Shown piece after piece: positions 43,969 to 53,397 of a DNA stretch of 64,000 nt. The position numbers were made by a program, and so were the translations under genes. The stretch lies in contig CAZRMJ010000001.1 in NCBI GenBank assembly GCA_964601175.1, positions 11,280 to 75,279 on the forward strand, in the 5' to 3' direction. Each line of letters opens with the position of its first letter. The stretch's first letter is position 1. The notes under the pieces were generated by a model. That model did no database searches. It saw only the letters and a list, made by a program, of their open reading frames with translations, and was not told where the DNA came from. The stretch comes from Candidatus Woesearchaeota archaeon. Lineage in GTDB: Archaea > Nanobdellota > Nanobdellia > Pacearchaeales > GW2011-AR1.

Positions 43969-44610
43969 TTTACTTAAGTCTTTAATTATATAATCCGGAT
44001 TTTTCTTAGAGATATCTTTTCTACTTGACCAAGAGCTCTTATTCGCAACTACAACCCCATAACATCCAGCACCTTTTGCTACATCTGCATCAATATCTTT
44101 ATCGCCTACATAAATAACTTGAGAAGGATCCAATTTATATTTTTTAATTAATTTTTTTATCTGAAACGATTTATTATTCTTAAATTTATCAGATCCATAG
44201 ACTTCATCAAAGAAATTGGAGTTTAAAATTTTTAAACATTTTAATATAAAATGAGTAACATTATTTGAAAGAATAATTTTTCGGGCATCTATTTTTTTTA
44301 AAGAATAAAAGTTCTTACAAGGTTTAACTTTCTTGCATTCACTAATAAAATCTTTGGTTATTCCATTAAAAACTGCATTTACCATATCTGAAGACAATCC
44401 TGCAAGAGTAAGATAATGTTTTAACGGCGTATTCCCAAAGAATTTCAAGAGATCTTTAGTGAGGGAGATTTCAAATTTTAGCAAATGCTTTTTAACTATA
44501 TTAAGAAGAAGTTTTCTAGTATCAACAAGAGTACCATCAAAATCAAAAACAACCATTTTTATTTCCGGGTACTCCTTATCTGAAGTAACCCTCCTAAATA
44601 AAGAGCTCAT
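43918..44610 (-). CDS. HAD-superfamily phosphatase
   Basis: 230 aa. VVFDFDGTLVDT (motif I), ILSNN (II), YVGDKDIDADVA (IV). ATGA overlap with the upstream gene. Confidence 0.85.
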   Translation of the reverse strand: MSSLFRRVTSDKEYPEIKMVVFDFDGTLVDTRKLLLNIVKKHLLKFEISLTKDLLKFFGNTPLKHYLTLAGLSSDMVNAVFNGITKDFISECKKVKPCKNFYSLKKIDARKIILSNNVTHFILKCLKILNSNFFDEVYGSDKFKNNKSFQIKKLIKKYKLDPSQVIYVGDKDIDADVAKGAGCYGVVVANKSSWSSRKDISKKNPDYIIKDLSKLINIIRELNSEQISLV

Positions 44611-46700
44611 TTTTTATTTCTTTCAGAGAACTTTTTAATAAAATCTCTACTCTTGGAATGATCTATAACCTTAACTACTTCCCAAGTTCCTGCATATTGA
44701 GTCTTTTCAGTCTTAACGGTACTTACAACTTTTCTCCTAATAGAATCTGAAACTAAAAGCTTTGAATTGGAAGCATAAGCAAGTCTCTTCGAATAACTTA
44801 CCAAATTACCTGTGCTTGTAAAGTGGAATTTACCTTCATCCATTTCACTTATTATCTCGCCATCACTTATTCCAATACCAAATCTAGCACTATCATTGTG
44901 ATCTTTCATATGCTCTAAGAATAACGCTTGTATTCTTCTTCCAAGGTTTACAGCTGCAAGTTCATTATCTTGAACATGAGTAAGTCTTGGAGAGAATAAA
45001 ATGACTTTGTAATCTCCATCAACATAGACCTTAGCACCAGTTTCTTGAGCCAAAGATAAAGACCTATCCATGGTTTCATTAACGGCAGGAGAACTGCTGC
45101 TTACATATAAAGACATAGCGACTGCCTTTTCTCTTATTCCTTTATCTTGAGTACCAAACAAATCAGAAGGAGAAACTTTCTTTTGATCTGAAAAACCAAC
45201 TGAAGTATCAGTTTTCTTAGAACTTAAGAAAGATAAGCCAAGTTTCTTTTCAGAAGGTTTGCTAAACCCTGTGTCCATTGATTTAGGCTTGTTAAACAAT
45301 CCATTATTAGGCTTATTATCTACAACAAAATCAGTCTTTAATGGAGTTTTAAGATCAAAATTACTTGAAGCAGTAGGAGCTTTACCATATTTCTTGACCC
45401 TGATTCTTACTTGAACAAGAATTATAATCAAAATCAAAAGTATTACTGCAAGCCACCATATCAAAGGATCGGTAAATGTATTTATTACATCCTCTCTAAA
45501 ATTAGTAACTTTAACTGCATTTCCTGTAAGAAATGCGCTTCCAAGATTCTTATTCTCTCCTGATTCAAGAACTGAAATAGAATAGTCTCCATCTGGGGCT
45601 CTAAGAGTAAATTTCTGAGTTTCTCCTGGATTAAGTTTAATCTGCTTAACTTCTACATAAGATCCTATAGTGATCTCTAAAGGACCATTATAAGGAGAAT
45701 TACCAATATTAGTGACTATCAAAGTGTTATTTATCAAACTAGTCTGCAAAGTATTAACTTCCTTCAAATAAAATAATTTTCTGCTAGATAAATCATCAAC
45801 AGTAGCTTCTATGCTCCAATAACCTGGAGTATCATTCAAAAAGAAAGTCATCTTCTGATCTTCTCCAGACTTTATGACTTTTCTTACAAAAGGAATTCCT
45901 TTTGGTTTATCTATTGAAAGAGTTATTTCTTTGGAAATCTTATCACCTGCTTGATCTACAGCATCAACTCTAAATGTAAATTCAGAGTCTGGTTCAGGAT
46001 TATCTTTACTAACAAATATAGTTACTCCCTTTAATATTTGATTCAAGCTAAATTTGTCAGAATAATTCCCGAAATTTATTTTTCTGGAATTATGATCTGT
46101 AGTATGTACCTCTAATCTAATATCATGTTCTCCAGATTTAGAATCTGAAGGCAAAATTAAGCTCATATTAAATCTTCCATCTGTAACGACTGCAGATTTA
46201 TACAAGTTAAGTGATGGAATGAAAAGCTCTACAAATCCGTTAACTCTAAAACCGCTTTCCTCGACAGCATTTCCAGAAATATACAAAGAACTTCCAGGAT
46301 CATAACTATTAAACTCAAGTTCAGCATCTAAAATTATATTTCTTGAGAGAACAAAAGAATTGCTCTCTGTATGTTCACTTCCAAAAGTAGCCTTCAAAAA
46401 ACAAGAATCTGTAATATTATATATCAATGGATCAAATAATTCCGTACTAACCAAAATTTGTTTCTCGACGTTAGGTTCAAGAGTGATAAAACTGTTGAAA
46501 ATATTTGAACTATAATTTGAACCACAAACTAAATCAACCATATAATGATCACTTGCAGAAGAAGTAGATATCAGAGTGGTCTGTACATCTATCCTATCCC
46601 CTAAATTATATACTGGATTTAAAGATCCAACAAAAATGCTAGAAGACCCTAAAGGTAGTAAAACCAGGAATAATAAAATCACCAACCACTCTTTCATCAA
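44607..46700 (-). CDS. Single-pass membrane protein: large Ig-like ectodomain plus a cytoplasmic degenerate cyclase-homology-like domain
   Basis: 697 aa. Signal peptide, TM helix WWLAVILLILIIILV, Ser/Lys-rich linker. The C-terminal ~170 aa align by eye to the class III cyclase fold (details in findings). Confidence 0.55.
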   Translation of the reverse strand: MMKEWLVILLFLVLLPLGSSSIFVGSLNPVYNLGDRIDVQTTLISTSSASDHYMVDLVCGSNYSSNIFNSFITLEPNVEKQILVSTELFDPLIYNITDSCFLKATFGSEHTESNSFVLSRNIILDAELEFNSYDPGSSLYISGNAVEESGFRVNGFVELFIPSLNLYKSAVVTDGRFNMSLILPSDSKSGEHDIRLEVHTTDHNSRKINFGNYSDKFSLNQILKGVTIFVSKDNPEPDSEFTFRVDAVDQAGDKISKEITLSIDKPKGIPFVRKVIKSGEDQKMTFFLNDTPGYWSIEATVDDLSSRKLFYLKEVNTLQTSLINNTLIVTNIGNSPYNGPLEITIGSYVEVKQIKLNPGETQKFTLRAPDGDYSISVLESGENKNLGSAFLTGNAVKVTNFREDVINTFTDPLIWWLAVILLILIIILVQVRIRVKKYGKAPTASSNFDLKTPLKTDFVVDNKPNNGLFNKPKSMDTGFSKPSEKKLGLSFLSSKKTDTSVGFSDQKKVSPSDLFGTQDKGIREKAVAMSLYVSSSSPAVNETMDRSLSLAQETGAKVYVDGDYKVILFSPRLTHVQDNELAAVNLGRRIQALFLEHMKDHNDSARFGIGISDGEIISEMDEGKFHFTSTGNLVSYSKRLAYASNSKLLVSDSIRRKVVSTVKTEKTQYAGTWEVVKVIDHSKSRDFIKKFSERNKK

Positions 46701-46742
46701 TATTCAAATGATACAACGTATATAAATATTATTAGGGGAAAA

Positions 46743-47348
46743 CTATTTACGATACAAAACTTTTCTCGGGACCAAATCTCCTTTTTCAACAAGGTCCTCA
46801 ACAGGCTCCCTAGTCCTGGTAAGCTTTCCAAACTTGTCTGCAAAAAATAGATGTCCGTTTTCATTTCCAAGATATAATGCAACATGAGTATAACCAGCCC
46901 CACTTTCTGTTGCAGGAACATTATACTTACTCTTAGGATAAAAGAAACCAACTATCATACCTGGTTTCAAATCATCAGATCTAGCAAGATCTTCTAAATC
47001 TCCAACAGAATTAACATTTATTTCGCCAATTTTATCAGAATCTCTAATCTGCCATGAATTTGCAGCCGGATAATCTATATTAAAGACATCTTTAGCAGCA
47101 AGCCTTACATATCTAGAGCACATACCTGCAGGAACAGTATCTTCAGAATAAACAGGACCCTCTAAAACTCTGCCCTCTATTGAACTGTGCGATTGATCTA
47201 AACCAGTAATACCTGCAAAAACAGGAGCTGAACTCTTTACCTTAGAAGCTGAACCATTATTTGCTCCTAACATAGCAACAGCTCCAGCTAATGTCATGGC
47301 TAAGGCTACCTTAGCCCATCCTCTTCCTCTAGAATATCTGTCACTCAT
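46743..47348 (-). CDS. Secreted NlpC/P60-family cysteine peptidase-like protein
   Basis: 201 aa. Signal-like N-terminus (SRGRGWAKVALAMTLAGAVAML). GMCSRYV (Cys), about 55 aa, LKPGMIVGFF, then YTHVALYLGNENG (His): canonical NlpC/P60 order. Confidence 0.65.
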   Translation of the reverse strand: MSDRYSRGRGWAKVALAMTLAGAVAMLGANNGSASKVKSSAPVFAGITGLDQSHSSIEGRVLEGPVYSEDTVPAGMCSRYVRLAAKDVFNIDYPAANSWQIRDSDKIGEINVNSVGDLEDLARSDDLKPGMIVGFFYPKSKYNVPATESGAGYTHVALYLGNENGHLFFADKFGKLTRTREPVEDLVEKGDLVPRKVLYRK

Positions 47349-47438
47349 AAAAAAACACCTCTTTATAGCTTTTTAAATCTTTTTATTAGTACTATTAAGC
47401 AGTGCTAACAGAAATAAGAAGTAAAAACTCAACATCAA

Positions 47439-47448
47439 TTTTAAATAT
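47439..47448 (+). promoter_or_regulatory. TATA box (TTTTAAATAT) for thrS
   Basis: Centred about 25 nt upstream of ATG 47469. Confidence 0.5.
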
Positions 47449-47468
47449 CTCTTTCTTTTAAAGAAGAT

Positions 47469-49187
47469 ATGGAAATATTAACATTACATTGCGACTATGC
47501 TAAATTTAAAGCTCTAAAAAAAGCAGTAAAGGACATAGAAGATGATGCTGAAAAAGAAGGAGATATAAAAGAATGCCTAGTAGTGCTAACTTCTGTAGAA
47601 CAAGGAGATAATCAAGAAACATTAAATCAACTTGTCCAGTCTATAGAAAAAACCGCTAAAGAAGTTAAAGCTGAGAATATAGTTCTCTATCCTTATGCAC
47701 ACCTATCATCTAATCTGGCAAAACCCATAATTGCATTAGAGCTATTAAAGGAAGCTGAGATTCTATTAAAAAAGAAGTTCAAAAAAACAGTCAGAGCACC
47801 CTTTGGATATTACAAAGAGTTTGAATTCAAATGTAAAGGACATCCATTAGCTGAATTAAGTAAGGAGTTCAGAGCAGAAGGGCAAACAGAGACTAAATCT
47901 AAAATAATCTCAAAAGAAGAAACAATAGACCATAAAAAATTACTAAGTCAAATTTCTAGATCTAAGCTAGATACTTCAAAGTTAAAAGAAAACGACCATA
48001 GAATACTAGGACAAAGATTAGATTTGTTTAGTTTCAATGAAGTTGCTCCAGGAATGGTATTCTGGCATAATAATGGGCTTACAGTATACAACGAACTAAT
48101 TAATTTCTGGAGAGAAGAACAAAAGAAAGAACACTATAATGAAATAAGAACTCCTCAAATAATGGATTCCAAACTATGGAAAGTTTCTGGACACTGGGAT
48201 AAATATAAAGAAAACAATTTCACTACACTTTACGAAGATAGACCATTCCTAGTGAAACCTATGAATTGTCCTGGAGGAATGCTTGTATTTAGAGCAAATT
48301 CAAAATCTTACAAGGATCTGCCTTTAAGAGTTGCCGAGATGGGAACGGTCCATAGAACAGAACTATCAGGAGTTCTTAATGGATTATTTAGAGTAATACA
48401 ATTTACACAAGATGATGCACATATATTCTGTGCAGATGACAAACAAGCAGAAGAAGAAATAATAGAGGTAGCAAAACTAATACAAAAATTCTACAAAAAA
48501 TTCAAATTAGAATTTGATCACGTTGAATTATCAACAAGACCTGAAAAAAGAATAGGCAGCGATGAAACATGGGATAAAGCTGAAAAAATGCTTGGAAAAG
48601 CTCTAGATAAAATAAAAATAAAATATAAAGTCAATAAAGGAGATGGAGCATTCTATGGTCCTAAAATAGATTTCCATGTAAAAGATTCATTAGGAAGAAC
48701 TTGGCAATTATCTACAATCCAATTAGACTTTTCACTTCCAGAAAGATTCGAACTCGAATTCACAGACAAAGACAACAAACAAAAGAGACCAATAATGCTT
48801 CACAGAGTAATTTATGGATCATTAGAAAGGTTCATAGGAATTTTACTAGAGCATACTAATGGAGCCCTTCCATTATGGTTATCTCCAAAACAAGTAAGAA
48901 TAATCTCATTCACTGATAGAAATGATAAAGCAGTTGAATCAGTAGCTAAAGAATTAAGAAATTCAATCCCTGACTTAAGAATTGATACGGATACAAGATC
49001 TGACACAGTTCAATCAAAAATCAGGGACGCAGAATTATTAAAAATAAATTATATAATTGTCATAGGAGATAAAGAAGAAGAAAATAAAACTCTTGCAGTT
49101 AGGCAAAGAGGAGAAAAACCAAAATTCGGAATAAAAATACAATCTTTCATAGAACAATTACAAAAAGAGATTTCTGAAAGAATTTAA
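47469..49187 (+). CDS. thrS: Threonyl-tRNA synthetase, archaeal type with N-terminal editing domain
   Basis: 572 aa. MEILTLHCDY start (archaeal DTD-like editing domain), class II core (FTQDDAHIF, MLHRVIYGSLERF) and a C-terminal anticodon-binding domain. Confidence 0.95.
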   Translation: MEILTLHCDYAKFKALKKAVKDIEDDAEKEGDIKECLVVLTSVEQGDNQETLNQLVQSIEKTAKEVKAENIVLYPYAHLSSNLAKPIIALELLKEAEILLKKKFKKTVRAPFGYYKEFEFKCKGHPLAELSKEFRAEGQTETKSKIISKEETIDHKKLLSQISRSKLDTSKLKENDHRILGQRLDLFSFNEVAPGMVFWHNNGLTVYNELINFWREEQKKEHYNEIRTPQIMDSKLWKVSGHWDKYKENNFTTLYEDRPFLVKPMNCPGGMLVFRANSKSYKDLPLRVAEMGTVHRTELSGVLNGLFRVIQFTQDDAHIFCADDKQAEEEIIEVAKLIQKFYKKFKLEFDHVELSTRPEKRIGSDETWDKAEKMLGKALDKIKIKYKVNKGDGAFYGPKIDFHVKDSLGRTWQLSTIQLDFSLPERFELEFTDKDNKQKRPIMLHRVIYGSLERFIGILLEHTNGALPLWLSPKQVRIISFTDRNDKAVESVAKELRNSIPDLRIDTDTRSDTVQSKIRDAELLKINYIIVIGDKEEENKTLAVRQRGEKPKFGIKIQSFIEQLQKEISERI

Positions 49188-49245
49188 AGACATATCAGCT
49201 AAATATTTATATACCATTCAATCGATTTCCTATTAGAGAGGTCAA

Positions 49246-49866
49246 ATGAAAATTCAACCATATATACAAAAACTTGAATCATCCGAAGCTTATAAAAAAT
49301 TCATAAAAGATAATTCTGAATCATTCCTTGTAGCAGGTTTCTTTGTATTAGACTATGAGACTGGAGTAAATATTCATCAAATAGATTATTATGTACCTTC
49401 AAGAAAACAAGTAGCAGCATTCAATCTAGATGGAGACGTACAAGTACGCCTTTTAGATATGATGAGTAAAGATAAAGTCCCTCAAAGATTAGACATTAAA
49501 ACGAAAATAGATCTAGATGCAATAAAAGGCATATTAGAAGATGAAATGAAAAATAGAAGTATAACTGAAACAATAAGAAAATGTGTAGCAGTTATACAAA
49601 TGGTAGATGGAAAAAAATTATGGGTATTAAGTTGTGTTCTTTCAGGAATGGAAATCCTAAAAGCTCACATAGACGATGAATCAAAAACGGTTCTAAAGAT
49701 GGAAAAAGCATCTATATTAGATTATGTGAAAAGAATGCCTCCTCTTCCAGCACAACAACCGAAATTAGACAAAGAACAATTAGAAAAACAAATACAACAA
49801 TTAGATAATTTAAAGAAACAGTTGCAAAAAGAAGAAGAAAAATTAGAGAAAGAAGGAAAAAATTAA
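49246..49866 (+). CDS. Hypothetical protein with C-terminal coiled coil
   Basis: 206-aa ORF. Confidence 0.5.
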   Translation: MKIQPYIQKLESSEAYKKFIKDNSESFLVAGFFVLDYETGVNIHQIDYYVPSRKQVAAFNLDGDVQVRLLDMMSKDKVPQRLDIKTKIDLDAIKGILEDEMKNRSITETIRKCVAVIQMVDGKKLWVLSCVLSGMEILKAHIDDESKTVLKMEKASILDYVKRMPPLPAQQPKLDKEQLEKQIQQLDNLKKQLQKEEEKLEKEGKN

Positions 49867-50417
49867 CTCTTATTTTTTAATCCCCAAAGTTGTTTAGTAT
49901 ATCCTCTAGGTTCACAATCAGATTCTCTAAATCCTAATTTGTTTCTCAAAGCAACAACTTTATTTCTAGCAGAAGAAACTTGTTTCATAGAACACAAAAC
50001 TTCAAGCTCCAAAAACCATCCAAGTTTCTTAACAAAATTAAGTTCTATATGAACCCCATCTCTTGTTTTATACAGTTCTGTTGTTTTTTCCTTATGTAAC
50101 CATCTTCTAAATCCAAAATCTTCAATTAATTCAAAAAAACCTTTTATATCTGAAATTTCAAACTGAACTTCTTTCTTTGCATGCACTCCCTTAGAAAAAC
50201 TACTCCTTTTCTTGAAATTAACTTCTCTTACCGATCCCTTATCCCTTATACGTAAACTCTTTTCAGGATATTCAAAATATTCTAAGCTGTAATAATCATC
50301 CTTCTTAGTTTCACGTCCGACAAACTTAGCAATTTCTTTTATTTTATTTCTAATAGCCTTAACATCCTTATCCCTTATGGGAATCTTAGTTTCAACTTCT
50401 ATCCAACTCATAAACAC
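49863..50417 (-). CDS. CYTH-domain protein (CyaB-type class IV cyclase / triphosphatase family)
   Basis: 184 aa. IEVETKI (ExExK) at the N-terminus and an alternating charged beta-strand pattern. Confidence 0.8.
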   Translation of the reverse strand: MFMSWIEVETKIPIRDKDVKAIRNKIKEIAKFVGRETKKDDYYSLEYFEYPEKSLRIRDKGSVREVNFKKRSSFSKGVHAKKEVQFEISDIKGFFELIEDFGFRRWLHKEKTTELYKTRDGVHIELNFVKKLGWFLELEVLCSMKQVSSARNKVVALRNKLGFRESDCEPRGYTKQLWGLKNKS

Positions 50418-50466
50418 CTCAATAATAAAGTAATCTCTGTATTTTAAAAGTGTTTACCTTGAATAA

Positions 50467-50949
50467 TCAAATTAATAATTTCATATCAAACATTCTTTTT
50501 TTATCATATGCAGAAACCACTTTGAATCCAAGGTCTTCATAAAGTTTAATGGCTCCCAGGTTTTTAGCGGAAACACATAAACCAATTGAATTAAAACCAT
50601 TTTTCTTACATTTTTCAACAAAATGTTCAATTAATTTAGAACCTATCCCTCTACCGCTAATACCTGCCATAATCCAATTAATATAAGCTAAATGTCTTAG
50701 AGAGTCATCAGATCCAAGTAAAAATCCATCCAATCTACTTGAGGTTATATGGCCAATTAATTGAAAATCTTCCTTTCCATCAAGCACATCGGTAAAAAAG
50801 TGAGGAGTATACCTTTCAATATGATCTCTAACTTTAGAAGAAGGATAGTATCTGCTAGTTTCTTGCAATCTATGATGAAAAATATCAAATACAGTGCCAA
50901 CTAATCCATAATCTTCAGGTGCTCTAAGCAATCTGCATCCAGACTTCAT
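50467..50949 (-). CDS. GNAT-family N-acetyltransferase
   Basis: 160 aa. GISGRGIGSKLIEHFVEKCKKNGFNSIGL is the acetyl-CoA-binding motif A. Confidence 0.8.
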   Translation of the reverse strand: MKSGCRLLRAPEDYGLVGTVFDIFHHRLQETSRYYPSSKVRDHIERYTPHFFTDVLDGKEDFQLIGHITSSRLDGFLLGSDDSLRHLAYINWIMAGISGRGIGSKLIEHFVEKCKKNGFNSIGLCVSAKNLGAIKLYEDLGFKVVSAYDKKRMFDMKLLI

Positions 50950-50993
50950 AGAACTTGCCTAAAAAATCTAAATATAAAGCTTTCTAAAAAAAA

Positions 50994-51446
50994 TCAAGCG
51001 CAACTAACCGGTTGAGTAGTTATTTGACACAACTGACCGTTACTCTTCAAAACAATATTGACTTTAGAAGCATTAATTGTCAATCCACTAACACTTACTG
51101 AAGTAGTCTCAAGCTCGTCAAAGCTTCCAGCTCCAGTGCTTGCAATTGAAGGAGAAGGAGAATATCTTTCTATGTTACCAGAAGCGTCCTCAAAAACCAA
51201 TTCCACAGATTCAAAATTTCCAGCACCTGGATTCCTCTTTAGTTTAACATTCCATCCACTTACATCTGAAGAACAACTTATAGGTTCGACATTAATAGTA
51301 AAACAATCACTTTGAATTCCTTTGGTACCTTTATCAATAGTTTGTTTTACAACAGACCAAACAACAGCTATACTTACAATGACAAGAAGGACTATCAAAA
51401 CATTAGCAACAACTTCACTAACACCCCTTCTATTTAGAATCATCAA
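50994..51446 (-). CDS. Archaeal type IV pilin-like protein (class III signal peptide)
   Basis: 150 aa. MMILNRRG|VSEVVANVLIVLLVIVSIAVV is a prepilin-peptidase-type N-terminus (DUF361-like). Confidence 0.7.
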   Translation of the reverse strand: MMILNRRGVSEVVANVLIVLLVIVSIAVVWSVVKQTIDKGTKGIQSDCFTINVEPISCSSDVSGWNVKLKRNPGAGNFESVELVFEDASGNIERYSPSPSIASTGAGSFDELETTSVSVSGLTINASKVNIVLKSNGQLCQITTQPVSCA

Positions 51447-51545
51447 ATTACAAAATATTCATTAGTTTATAAATATCTGCATTAGAAACGATTATTTCTA
51501 ATAAAACAAGATAACATTTAAATACATTTTAACACTCATTAAGTA

Positions 51546-51827
51546 ATGAAAAAGATGATGAAAAAAATAAGGAGTTCTTCTTTGCAGAATTATATGGGCC
51601 TTAGACCTTATGCATTAGGACATGCATTAGGAATGATGAGCATAATAGTGTTAGTGTTTTATGGTCTATTCGTATGGTTCAGCAATTATGAATCCGCATT
51701 CATAATAGCAAAATATCCAATATCTTTTTCATTTTATGACTGGACACTTATTTTTGGACTAGTGCAAAGTTATGTACTATTCTATGTATTAGGTTGGGTA
51801 TTTGCCAGACTTTACAATAGTTCTTAA
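51546..51827 (+). CDS. Small membrane protein
   Basis: 93 aa, 2-3 TM. Confidence 0.5.
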   Translation: MKKMMKKIRSSSLQNYMGLRPYALGHALGMMSIIVLVFYGLFVWFSNYESAFIIAKYPISFSFYDWTLIFGLVQSYVLFYVLGWVFARLYNSS

Positions 51828-52691
51828 TTATCTTAGAATTTTTTTCATACAATCTTCAGAGCAACAATTGTGCATCTGCTTCTGACAATCAGGACAAACA
51901 AACATTAATTTATTACAAAATTTATTTTTACAATTTCTATACTGATCAGATTTAGCACTGCAATGTATGCAATCACTAACGGGGCTTTGATTTCCTTCTA
52001 CATCTGAAGTTAATCTCTTATCAAAAACAAAACAGCTTCCCTCCCATGCAGTATTAGGGAGTTTCTGACAAAAGTTTATGATGCCTCCATGTAATTGAGA
52101 AACATTAGTAAAACCTTTATCAATCATGTAAGCACTAGCCTTTTCACACCTTATTCCCCCAGTACAATACATAACTATTGGAGTATCCTTGGAAATTTTA
52201 AGACCATCAACAAAATTAGGAAATTCTCTAAATGTTTTTATTTCTGGATTAATAGCGCCCTTAAATCTGCCAGCATTAAACTCATAATCGTTTCTCGTAT
52301 CTAAAACAACAACATTTTGACCATTATAAGACTCTAAAAATTCCTGAGGCGAGATATGTTTTCCAACCTTGGACATATCAAGCGATTTATCGATTCTTAT
52401 TATTTCGTTCTTGACTTTTATAACCATTTTATCAAATGGGTGATGTATTGCAATTTCTTCCTTAAACTCTATGCCTTTGAAAAGCTCATTATTTGATAAA
52501 AAAGATTTATATTTTTCAATTTGCTCTTCTGTTCCAGAGATTGAACCGTTGATACCTTCTTTCGCAAGTAAAACTTTACCTTTAACCCCCAAATCCAAAC
52601 AAAATTTAAGATGATCTTTCTTAATTCTATCAAGATCCTCTAAATCAACGAACTTGTAAAACAGTATAACATTTATCATGAAAATCTCCAA
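51828..52691 (-). CDS. trhO: Rhodanese-domain protein UPF0176/TrhO-like (tRNA U34 hydroxylase family)
   Basis: 287 aa. ILFYKFV, AKEGINGSISG, CTGGIRCEKAS and a C-terminal Cys-rich tail. Confidence 0.85.
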   Translation of the reverse strand: MEIFMINVILFYKFVDLEDLDRIKKDHLKFCLDLGVKGKVLLAKEGINGSISGTEEQIEKYKSFLSNNELFKGIEFKEEIAIHHPFDKMVIKVKNEIIRIDKSLDMSKVGKHISPQEFLESYNGQNVVVLDTRNDYEFNAGRFKGAINPEIKTFREFPNFVDGLKISKDTPIVMYCTGGIRCEKASAYMIDKGFTNVSQLHGGIINFCQKLPNTAWEGSCFVFDKRLTSDVEGNQSPVSDCIHCSAKSDQYRNCKNKFCNKLMFVCPDCQKQMHNCCSEDCMKKILR

Positions 52692-52755
52692 TATTCAAGG
52701 TATTTATTTCTATTCATGGATTGTTTTAAATATACCAAGTTATTAAATAATAAGG

Positions 52756-53397
52756 ATGGTGATTGGAATTTTAGATTGGCTTAAAAATCTAGCAAGTTAT
52801 GTAAGCTCACTACCTGCCGGATATAGTAAAGTTACTGCACTTGCGGCATATATGATTTTGATATTTGTTTATGCCCTTTTCATTTGGAAAGTCTACAAAG
52901 CCATATCAAAGAAAGATATAATTTCTATAAACTTAGGACAGTATAATTCTTTTGAGCACCCAGTAGCAAACAAAGTCTTTGCAGCACTACTTTATTTTAT
53001 AGAGTATATAATAATCTTACCGTTCCTCATATTTTTCTGGTACTTACTTTTTGCAATAGTTTTACTATTCTTCTCAGAAAATCTTTCATTAGAAAACATA
53101 TTACTATTATCTGCTGCAGTAGTAGGATCAATAAGACTTCTAGCATACTACAAACACGAGATAGCTATGGACATAGCAAAGCTTCTACCCCTTACAATAC
53201 TTGGAATAACAATACTTAATCCAAAATTCCTAGAACTAAGCAGATTTGTAGATTCATTTAACCAGCTTCCAGAGCTTCTTCTATCTGTGGGTTATGCCCT
53301 TGTGTTTATAGTTTCATTAGAAATTATATTAAGATTCTTAGACCTATTCAGAAGAGTCATCTTTGATTATGGAGATGAAGAAGAAAAAGATGATTAA
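52756..53397 (+). CDS. Membrane protein
   Basis: 213 aa, about 5 TM, acidic C-terminus. Confidence 0.5.
   Translation: MVIGILDWLKNLASYVSSLPAGYSKVTALAAYMILIFVYALFIWKVYKAISKKDIISINLGQYNSFEHPVANKVFAALLYFIEYIIILPFLIFFWYLLFAIVLLFFSENLSLENILLLSAAVVGSIRLLAYYKHEIAMDIAKLLPLTILGITILNPKFLELSRFVDSFNQLPELLLSVGYALVFIVSLEIILRFLDLFRRVIFDYGDEEEKDD

Noticed and set aside
46697-46951. 84-aa ORF overlapping the 3' end of the NlpC/P60 gene
   Set aside because: It is out of frame with the motif-bearing ORF 46743-47348 and has no features of its own.
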